A DNA stretch of 64,000 nt from Patescibacteria group bacterium. GTDB taxonomy: Bacteria > Patescibacteriota > Minisyncoccia > UBA6257 > UBA9933. Shown here piece by piece: positions 18,347-25,565 of the stretch. The position numbers and the translations under genes are program-made. The notes below the pieces were generated by a model that saw only the letters and a program-made list of their open reading frames with translations, ran no database searches and was not told the origin of the DNA. The first letter of the stretch is position 1, and each line of letters begins with the position of its first letter. The stretch is taken from the NCBI GenBank assembly GCA_038065035.1, contig JBBTRV010000007.1, forward strand, positions 2,382-66,381, in the 5' to 3' direction.

Positions 18347-20446
18347 TTATTCTTTTATCGCTTTTAATGATAATCCAATTCTTCCGTCTTCGTCGGCTCT
18401 TATAATTTTGGCCCTTACGGTGTCGCCGACCTTAACAACGTCTTCCACTTTTTCCACAAAGCCGTTTTTGAGTTCAGAAACGTGAATCATGCCGTCTTTG
18501 CCGCCGCCTAAATCTATTATCGCGCCGAAATCCAGGATTTTAATTATTGTTCCTTCAACGATTTCACCAATTTTGAAAATGCGCGTAAGAGACTGGATAT
18601 AGCGGATGGCGGAAACCGCTTCTTCGCGTTTGGCGGCCGCCACAAATACCCGGCCGGTTTGCTCAATATCAATAGTATGAACGCCGGTGTCTTTAATGAT
18701 GGTATTGATAATTTTTCCTCCCGGGCCGATTACTTCGCCGATTTGCTCCGGCATAATATCCAAAGTCATTATCACGGGCGCGTATGGAGAAATTATTTCT
18801 CTTGGTTTACTGATTACTTTATTTATAGCTTCAAAAATTTTCATTTTAGCTTCTTTGGCGCGCTCAAGGGAATTTTTAATAATTTCAAAAGTCAGGCCGT
18901 CAATTTTAACATCGGTTTGAATGGCGGTAATGCCGTTAACTGTGCCCGCGACTTTAAAATCCATGTCGCCATAATGGTCTTCCAACCCCTGAATGTCGGT
19001 TAAGAGTTTATATTTGCCGTTTTCATTAGTGATTAATCCGATTGAAATTCCAGCTAACGGCGCTTTAATCGGAACGCCGGCGTCCATTAATGACATTGAA
19101 GCCGCGCAAACCGTTGCCATTGAAGTTGAACCATTGGAAGACAAAATTTCAGAAACAACTCTGATAGTGTAGGGGAATTCATCTTGCGAAGGAATAATGG
19201 CTTTGACAGCTTTTTCCGCCAGATTGCCATGGCCGATTTCACGCCTGCCAATACCGCCCATTCTGCCTGTTTCGCCGGTGGAATAAGGCGGAAAATTATA
19301 ATGGAGCATAAACCGGCGCTTGCCGGAAACTTCCATTGTTTCAACTAATTGTTCGGCACCCGGAGCGGCTAATGTGGTAACGGCCAAGGCCTGCGTTTCG
19401 CCTCTGATAAACAAGCCGGAGCCGTGCAAGCGTTTCAAGAGGCCGACTTCGGCGTAAAGAGGACGGATTTCATCAAGTTTCCTAGCGTCAGGACGCTTAT
19501 CTGATTCAAGGATGTTTTTACGCACCAGTTTTTTCATTTCTTTTTCAATCAAGTCGTCAACCATTTCCATTTCCATTACTGATTCCTGAAGCAAATATTG
19601 CTTTAAATTTTCTTTTAATTCATTAAGTTTGTTTTTGCGCTCGTTTTTGTCCGGACTGTAAATAACCGGATCTAATTTGCCGTTTAAAAACGCGCTGATT
19701 TTTTCAATAAGCTCGGGAGCTGGTTCAACTGCTTGAATCGCCATTTTCGGCTTGCCGATTTTTAAAGCGATTTCCTTTTGAAAATTTATAAGTTTTTTAA
19801 TTTCCGCGTGAGCGGTTTCAAATCCTTCAATTATTTCTTCTTCTTTGGCTTCTTTGCCAGAAAGCTCAATCATATTGATTTTATTTTCCGTGGCAGAGAT
19901 AAAAGCGTCAAAAGTAATTGGATTTTCTCCGTTAATAAATTGGGAATTTAATGGGTTGATTATTGTTTGATTATTTATTTTGGCGATTCTGGCTCCGACA
20001 ATAGGTCCTTCCCATGGAATCGGCGATATCATTAAAGCCATAGAAGTGGAAAGCAGAGCGATAAAGTCCGGGTCATTCTCTTCGTCGTAAGAAAGTATTG
20101 TTACTACAATTTGCACGTCGCGGCGCAAACGATGATCAAAAAGCGGCCGGATACTTCTGTCTATTAATCGGCCGGAAAGAACGGCGTTTTCTGAGGGCCG
20201 GCCTTCGCGCCGCACGAAGCGCGAGCCGATTATTTTTCCCGCGGCGTAAAATTTTTCTTCGTAATCAACGACTAGCGGGAAATAATCAATTTTTCTGTCT
20301 TCTTTTCCGGCAGTAACAGTTACTAAGACAGTGGTGTCGCCGTAGGTGCCGAAAACAGCGGCGTCAGCTTGGCTGGCTAAATCGGAAATTTCAAATGTTA
20401 ATTTTTGTTCCACGCAATCTATTGAAAATTGTTGTTTGTTTAACAT
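18347..20446 (-). CDS. pnp: polyribonucleotide nucleotidyltransferase (PNPase)
   Basis: two RNase PH domains, then KH and S1 domains (GEIVEGTIIKILDFGAII) at the C-terminus. Confidence 0.95.
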   Translation of the reverse strand: MLNKQQFSIDCVEQKLTFEISDLASQADAAVFGTYGDTTVLVTVTAGKEDRKIDYFPLVVDYEEKFYAAGKIIGSRFVRREGRPSENAVLSGRLIDRSIRPLFDHRLRRDVQIVVTILSYDEENDPDFIALLSTSMALMISPIPWEGPIVGARIAKINNQTIINPLNSQFINGENPITFDAFISATENKINMIELSGKEAKEEEIIEGFETAHAEIKKLINFQKEIALKIGKPKMAIQAVEPAPELIEKISAFLNGKLDPVIYSPDKNERKNKLNELKENLKQYLLQESVMEMEMVDDLIEKEMKKLVRKNILESDKRPDARKLDEIRPLYAEVGLLKRLHGSGLFIRGETQALAVTTLAAPGAEQLVETMEVSGKRRFMLHYNFPPYSTGETGRMGGIGRREIGHGNLAEKAVKAIIPSQDEFPYTIRVVSEILSSNGSTSMATVCAASMSLMDAGVPIKAPLAGISIGLITNENGKYKLLTDIQGLEDHYGDMDFKVAGTVNGITAIQTDVKIDGLTFEIIKNSLERAKEAKMKIFEAINKVISKPREIISPYAPVIMTLDIMPEQIGEVIGPGGKIINTIIKDTGVHTIDIEQTGRVFVAAAKREEAVSAIRYIQSLTRIFKIGEIVEGTIIKILDFGAIIDLGGGKDGMIHVSELKNGFVEKVEDVVKVGDTVRAKIIRADEDGRIGLSLKAIKE

Positions 20447-20457
20447 AGTTTATATTT

Positions 20458-20560
20458 ACAAATACAATCGCAAAAATTTTTCTTCAACTCGCTCACCTCC
20501 GCCAGTTGGCGGACTGCGCTTCCGTTTAGGTTTCAGAAAAAAATTTGCGATTGTATTTGT
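20458..20560 (-). promoter_or_regulatory. long hairpin in the pnp 5' leader: 24-bp AT-rich arms enclosing the GC palindrome CCGCCAGTTGGCGG
   Basis: seen in sequence: 20458..20481 is the reverse complement of 20537..20560; sits 11 nt upstream of the pnp ATG with no SD in between. Confidence 0.55.
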
Positions 20561-20571
20561 ATTGTTTAAAT

Positions 20572-21087
20572 TTATTTTTTTATTATCACTCTCGGCATTC
20601 TTTCCAAATCAATGAAAATATCAGCGGCTTCTTTCAGTTTTCCGGAAGTGTTTCTGCTGAAAGCCGCTACCTCCACTTGTCGGCCAAGCCCCCATTTTAA
20701 ATATTCTACTAATGGTACGAAATCGCCGTCGCCGGTGACTAATATGACTGCGTCTAAAAATCCGGCCATTCTGATGGCGTCAACTGCCATGCCGACGTCC
20801 CAATTGGCTTTTTTCATTCCGCCGGCAAAAATCTGAAGTTCTTTCATTCTAAGCTCAATGCCGGCATTTTCCAAAGCTTCAAAAAAAGCGGCTTCAGCCG
20901 TATCTTGCGCAGAGGCAGTATCGCTTTTAACCACATAGCCGATTGCCCTGATTAATGGGCGGTTAGCGGTAAGATTTTTAATGAGTTCTTTGTAATTTAC
21001 CCGGCCGCGGTATAAATTTTTCGCGCCGTGATAAAGGTTTTGCACGTCAATAAATATGCCGACGCGCTGAGATTTGTGAGTGAGCAT
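20572..21087 (-). CDS. NYN-domain (LabA-like, PIN-superfamily) protein
   Basis: VGIFIDVQNLYH ... DVGMAVDAI ... VLVTGDGDF motifs of the NYN/LabA family. Confidence 0.7.
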   Translation of the reverse strand: MLTHKSQRVGIFIDVQNLYHGAKNLYRGRVNYKELIKNLTANRPLIRAIGYVVKSDTASAQDTAEAAFFEALENAGIELRMKELQIFAGGMKKANWDVGMAVDAIRMAGFLDAVILVTGDGDFVPLVEYLKWGLGRQVEVAAFSRNTSGKLKEAADIFIDLERMPRVIIKK

Positions 21088-21353
21088 TATTTTTTCAACC
21101 CTAATTTCTTCACTACGCTGGTATAGCTTTTATTATTGGTCGTTGATAAATATTCAAGCAATCTTCTTCTCTTGCCAACCATTTTTAAGAGTCCCCGGCG
21201 GGAATGATTGTCTTTCGGGTTTTTCTTCAAATGGTCGGTGAGCTCATTGATTTGCTTGGTGAGCATAGCAATTTGAACTTCAACAGAGCCGGTGTCGGTT
21301 TCATGGAGTTTATATTCTTTAATGATATTTTGTTTTTGCCGTAGAGTCAGCAT
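21087..21353 (-). CDS. rpsO: 30S ribosomal protein S15
   Basis: S15 family signature ([65 protein letters not shown]). Confidence 0.9.
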   Translation of the reverse strand: MLTLRQKQNIIKEYKLHETDTGSVEVQIAMLTKQINELTDHLKKNPKDNHSRRGLLKMVGKRRRLLEYLSTTNNKSYTSVVKKLGLKK

Positions 21354-21356
21354 CTA

Positions 21357-21392
21357 TTTACGAAATACGAAATTTTACGAATATACGAATTA
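21357..21392. promoter_or_regulatory. TACGAAA/TACGAAT heptamer array in the rpsO / xerC divergent promoter region
   Basis: TTTACGAAATACGAAATTTTACGAATATACGAATTA; a near-identical block occurs at 42746..42790. Confidence 0.5.
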
Positions 21393-21536
21393 ATATAATT
21401 TATTTAAAATAAAAAAGCAAGAGACAATTTAGTTTAAAAGGCTATTTTGCGACTGCTTAGCTGTTGCAAAATAGCCGCGATCTTTTGCGATGAATATTTA
21501 TTCGTTGCAAAAGACTCTCTTTTGCGACAGATTTTT

Positions 21537-21545
21537 GGTATAATA
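21537..21545 (+). promoter_or_regulatory. extended -10 element TGGTATAAT for xerC
   Basis: perfect TGnTATAAT 6 nt upstream of the xerC ATG (short or leaderless mRNA); preceded by GCAAAA-containing inverted repeats. Confidence 0.4.
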
Positions 21546-21550
21546 GTTTT

Positions 21551-22456
21551 ATGGCTGATATTAATATTTTGCTTAAAAATTATCTTAATTATCTGGAAAT
21601 TGAAAAGAATCGTTCAGTAAAAACAGCGGCGAATTATGAGCGGTATTTGAAGGCGTTTTTTAAATTCGGCCGCATTAAAAATGAAAATGATATTACTATT
21701 GAAGCAGTGCGCGATTTTCGTTTGCATTTAGCGCGCCAGAAAAATCGCGCTGGCAAAGATTTTAAAAAAACCACCCAATCATATTATATTATCGCCATGC
21801 GAAATTTTCTTAAATATTTAATCAAAAATGATTACGATGTAATTTCGCCGGACAAAATCGAACTTCCGAAAATTTCCGAAAGGCAGATTGAAATTGTTGA
21901 ATATTCAGATTTAGAGCGTTTGCTTGCCGCGCCCAAAGGCGATGATTTGAAAAGTTTGCGAGACAAAGCGATTTTAGAGGTGTTATTTTCTACTGGGCTT
22001 CGTATCTCAGAGCTGTGTTCACTTAATCGTTATATTGATTTAAAACGCGGCGAGATAACCGTGCGCGGCAAAGGCGATAAATTAAGGGTTGTTTTTTTAT
22101 CTGACAGCGCCAAGAAAGCGATTGAAAATTATTTAAAAAAGCGCGGCGACGCCGAAGAAGCATTATTTATCAGCTTAACAAAAAGCAAAGCGTCAAAGGT
22201 TATTGGACGGATTATTTCGCGGACAGTTCAAAGATTGGTTGATTATTATAGCCGCAAAGCCGGTATTCCCAAACACGTGCATCCCCATACTTTAAGGCAT
22301 CTTTATGCCACTGACCTTTTAATCAACGGCGCTGATTTGCGTTCAGTGCAGGAGCTTTTAGGCCACGCCAATATCGCCACCACGCAAATATATACTCATT
22401 TAACCAATAAAGAACTTCGTGAAGTGCATAAGGCATTTCACGGAAGACGGAGATGA
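21551..22456 (+). CDS. tyrosine site-specific recombinase XerC/XerD
   Basis: C-terminal catalytic region HTLRHLYATDLLINGADLRSVQELLGHANIATTQIYTHL. Confidence 0.9.
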   Translation: MADINILLKNYLNYLEIEKNRSVKTAANYERYLKAFFKFGRIKNENDITIEAVRDFRLHLARQKNRAGKDFKKTTQSYYIIAMRNFLKYLIKNDYDVISPDKIELPKISERQIEIVEYSDLERLLAAPKGDDLKSLRDKAILEVLFSTGLRISELCSLNRYIDLKRGEITVRGKGDKLRVVFLSDSAKKAIENYLKKRGDAEEALFISLTKSKASKVIGRIISRTVQRLVDYYSRKAGIPKHVHPHTLRHLYATDLLINGADLRSVQELLGHANIATTQIYTHLTNKELREVHKAFHGRRR

Positions 22457-22510
22457 CGAGAATAACTTGCAAGTCTTGTTTTATTTTTTAGTCTATTTAT
22501 AATTTTAATA

Positions 22511-22849
22511 ATGGAGCTGCAATTTGATGTTTCCGAAGAAAGTAAAAAGAAAGAAGATGTTGTTTTGGCGCCATTAGAACCCAATATTGAAATCAGAACA
22601 ATGAAATCGGATATTCAAGCGTTGAAAGAAAGCGGCGGATATTTAACCAATATTTCCGGAGAAAGCGTACCGCCGGTTGCGCCGCGCGCAGCGGTAGTTT
22701 TAAATAAGCCGATTTTTGTTGAAAATCAGAATCCCAAGGCATATAATTTGCCGGCTATAAAAATTATTATTATAATAATTGGCGTTTTAATACTGGCGGC
22801 GGCTGTTGGTTTTGGCAGTTATTATTTGGCGTCCGAAGTTTTTAAATAG
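22511..22849 (+). CDS. hypothetical protein with C-terminal TM anchor
   Basis: ORF only; IIIIIIGVLILAAAVGFGSYY hydrophobic tail. Confidence 0.35.
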   Translation: MELQFDVSEESKKKEDVVLAPLEPNIEIRTMKSDIQALKESGGYLTNISGESVPPVAPRAAVVLNKPIFVENQNPKAYNLPAIKIIIIIIGVLILAAAVGFGSYYLASEVFK

Positions 22850-22850
22850 T

Positions 22851-23186
22851 ATGTTAAAAAAAGATTTACAACAATTTAAAAATCATCTTGAGAAAGAAAA
22901 GAAAGAAATTGAAAGCGAGCTGAAGAAGCATAAAAATATGCAGCGTTTCGGAGGCACGGATACTTTGGATATTGATCAGGAAACCGATGAGTCGGAAACA
23001 TACGTAAACCAATTATCAGTGATGCAGACATATAAAAATCGGCTGGGAGAAATTAATTCCGCTTTGAAAAAGCTTAAAAACGGAAAATATGGCGTTTGCG
23101 AAAAATGCGAAAAAGAAATTTCCGCGAAAGTTTTGAAAGTGAATCCGGAATCAAGGCTGTGCCAAGAATGCAAAAAGAAAAAATGA
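22851..23186 (+). CDS. DksA/TraR-family C4 zinc-finger protein
   Basis: coiled-coil N-terminal part, then C-x2-C-x17-C-x2-C (GVCEKCEKEI ... LCQECKK). Confidence 0.65.
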   Translation: MLKKDLQQFKNHLEKEKKEIESELKKHKNMQRFGGTDTLDIDQETDESETYVNQLSVMQTYKNRLGEINSALKKLKNGKYGVCEKCEKEISAKVLKVNPESRLCQECKKKK

Positions 23187-24715
23187 AAAATTTCTCCAAA
23201 GTTTATTCAGCCGAGCTTGAAGGAATTGACGCGAAAATAATAGAAGTGGAGACTGATATTAATGTCGGCCTCCACTCTTTTAATATTGTCGGCCTGGCGG
23301 ATAAAGCTTTAAATGAAGCCAAAGACAGAGTGAGCGCGGCTTTGAAAAATTCCGGCGTTAAGCCGCCGACGAAAGAAAACCGGAAAATTACCATTAATCT
23401 GGCGCCGGCAGACATTAAAAAAACCGGCTCTCAATATGATCTGGCGATAGCTGTCGGCTATCTTTTAGCAACTAAGCAGATCAAAGGTTTTAATACTGCT
23501 GATAAAATTTTTATCGGTGAGCTTTCTTTAGATGGCTCTTTGCGCCGCGTCAACGGCGGTTTAAATATCGCTCAAATGGCGAAAAAGAACGGTTTTAAAT
23601 TTCTTCTTTTGCCAAAAGAAAATGCCCCGGAGGCCGCGATTATCAAAGGAATCAATATTGTTCCAATAGGAGCATTAGATGAATTAATAAATTTTTTAGA
23701 AGAGCGGATTAGTATTAATTTTCAAAAAGACAGTGATTTGATTTTTAGCAGCGAATCAGCGATTGATATTTCCGAAATAAAAGGCCAGGAAAACGCCAAG
23801 CGGGCATTAAGCATTGCGGCAAGCGGCGGGCATAATATTTTAATGTCCGGTCCGCCCGGAGCCGGCAAAACAATGATGGCTCAGGCCCTAGTTTCAATAT
23901 TGCCTTATCCGGAACTGGAAGAAGCCGTTGAAATAACCAAAATTTACAGCGCTGCCGGACTTCTGGGAAATAAAAATTTTATTAATTTTAGGCCGTTTCG
24001 TTCGCCCCACCACAGCGCGTCTTTAGTTTCGGTAATCGGCGGCGGAGTCACTCCCAAGCCCGGAGAAATCAGTTTGGCCCACAGGGGAGTTTTATTTCTT
24101 GATGAAATTCCGGAGTTTCACCGCGATTTATTGGAAAGTTTGAGACAGCCTCTTGAAAGCGGCAATGTTTCAATTTCCCGAGCCAGGGGGTTTTTGAATT
24201 TTCCGGCAAGATTTTTAATGGTGGCGGCGATGAATCCCTGCCCTTGCGGTTATTTCAACGACTCGGCGAAGGATTGCCGTTGCAGCGCCAATGAAGTTTT
24301 TCGTTATCAGAAAAAAATATCTGGCCCGCTTTTGGACAGGATTGATATTCAAGTTGAAGTGCCGCGCGTAAAAATTGAGGAATTGAGAAAGGCAAAAACC
24401 GATGATTCCGGAGGAAAAATAAAAAGCAAAGTTAAAAGAGCGAGGGAAATTCAAATAAAACGCTTTGCGAAAACTCGGCCGAAAATTTATTTAAATTCGG
24501 AAATGAGTTCAAAACAGACTGATGAGTTTAGCAATTTTTCAGCTGACGCGGAAAGTTTTTTAAAAAATATCCTAGAAAAATCTTTTATTTCCGGCCGGGG
24601 TTATTATCGGTTATTGAAAATCGCCAGAACAATCGCCGACTTTGACGCAGAAGAAAAAGTGAAAAGTAATTATTTAGCCGAAGCGTTTCAGTATAGAGTG
24701 AGGGAGAAAGAATAA
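23183..24715 (+). CDS. YifB/ComM-family Mg-chelatase-like AAA+ ATPase
   Basis: Lon-like N-terminal domain, Walker A GPPGAGKT, GVLFLDEIPEF, C-terminal Mg-chelatase domain; start taken at ATG 23183. Confidence 0.9.
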   Translation: MKNFSKVYSAELEGIDAKIIEVETDINVGLHSFNIVGLADKALNEAKDRVSAALKNSGVKPPTKENRKITINLAPADIKKTGSQYDLAIAVGYLLATKQIKGFNTADKIFIGELSLDGSLRRVNGGLNIAQMAKKNGFKFLLLPKENAPEAAIIKGINIVPIGALDELINFLEERISINFQKDSDLIFSSESAIDISEIKGQENAKRALSIAASGGHNILMSGPPGAGKTMMAQALVSILPYPELEEAVEITKIYSAAGLLGNKNFINFRPFRSPHHSASLVSVIGGGVTPKPGEISLAHRGVLFLDEIPEFHRDLLESLRQPLESGNVSISRARGFLNFPARFLMVAAMNPCPCGYFNDSAKDCRCSANEVFRYQKKISGPLLDRIDIQVEVPRVKIEELRKAKTDDSGGKIKSKVKRAREIQIKRFAKTRPKIYLNSEMSSKQTDEFSNFSADAESFLKNILEKSFISGRGYYRLLKIARTIADFDAEEKVKSNYLAEAFQYRVREKE

Positions 24716-24721
24716 TAATTA

Positions 24722-24744
24722 AGCAGTAAAACAAACTGCTTTTT
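24722..24744 (+). terminator. rho-independent terminator (AGCAGT-AAAACAA-ACTGCT-TTTT)
   Basis: hairpin plus T-run immediately after the comM-like stop. Confidence 0.6.
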
Positions 24745-24864
24745 AGAACCAGAATAATTTTATTCCAGCGATAAAATTTTCTTCCCCCTCGCCCCGACGG
24801 CCCCCACTTTATTGGGGACTAAGCCCGTCGGGGCTACGGGATGTTCTTCAAAACAGTTTGTTTT
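24728..24864. repeat. copy 1 of a ~135-bp intergenic structured element (conserved flanks, covarying GC-rich nested hairpin)
   Basis: left block TTTTAGAACCAGAATAATTTT.TTCCAGCG.TAAAATTTTCTTC and right block CGGGATGTTCTTCAA.ACA are near-identical to 55403..55518; the middle forms CCCCGACGG/CCGTCGGGG around CCCCA/TGGGG. Confidence 0.7.
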
Positions 24865-24865
24865 A

Positions 24866-25372
24866 TTATTTCGCTAATGGGTTTTCCGCGCCCAAAACTT
24901 CAAAATGTAAATGGCATCCTGTAGGACCATGAGTGTTACCGGTATTACCCATATAGCCGATTAATTCTCCCTTACTGACATAATGGCCAAGAGAAGCAGA
25001 GATTTTTTCAAGGTGAGCGTAGCGGGTTTCCGTTTTGTTTGGGTGTTCAATTAAAATAAAAAGACCGTATCCCTCATTCCATCCTTCATTGCCGTCGCCT
25101 AATTTTTGGTCAGGAATAACAATTCCTTCGGCAGCTGCGTAAACCGGAGCGCCGCACCTGTTGGCAATGTCAACCGCGTTATTGTCATGGATAATTCCCC
25201 AATTCCAGCCGGTTGCGGGCGGGGAAAAATAAGAAGAGTTGCCCTTTTTTTGCTTTTTATATTCAACTGATGTTTTTTGAACAAGAGCATCGGAATATTC
25301 TTTAGAAGATTCAACAATCGGCGCTTCAGCGGACTCTTGAATATTTTGGGCGAAGGCGGGTTTCGCAATCAC
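24866..25372 (-). CDS. M23-family peptidase (short; N-terminus uncertain)
   Basis: GNTGNTHGPTGCHLHFEV M23 motif; GTG at 25372; the in-frame upstream region encodes a TM helix but has no canonical start. Confidence 0.75.
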   Translation of the reverse strand: MIAKPAFAQNIQESAEAPIVESSKEYSDALVQKTSVEYKKQKKGNSSYFSPPATGWNWGIIHDNNAVDIANRCGAPVYAAAEGIVIPDQKLGDGNEGWNEGYGLFILIEHPNKTETRYAHLEKISASLGHYVSKGELIGYMGNTGNTHGPTGCHLHFEVLGAENPLAK

Positions 25373-25565
25373 TGAATCATTGGAAGTATATTCTTGATTA
25401 TCTTTCTGGGGACCTCCAAGAATTGTTTGATCTTCGTCGTTAAAAGGCGCATTTTTATTGATTAAAGCGATATTGGCTATTAAAATAAGGGGAATTAAAA
25501 ATAGCGGCCACCAAATGGCGCTTTCTTGTTTGAACCAATGCTTTAATTTGTTTAATATAGTACTA

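Noticed and set aside
25458-25565. N-terminal extensions proposed by the ORF track for pcrA (also gyrB from 47368, gatB from 50658, comM from 23096, rtcB to 11424, dksA-like from 22806)
   Set aside because: The extensions have no family similarity and run through terminators or intergenic repeats. Conserved N-termini begin at internal ATGs (25566, 47413, 50700, 23183, 11352, 22851).
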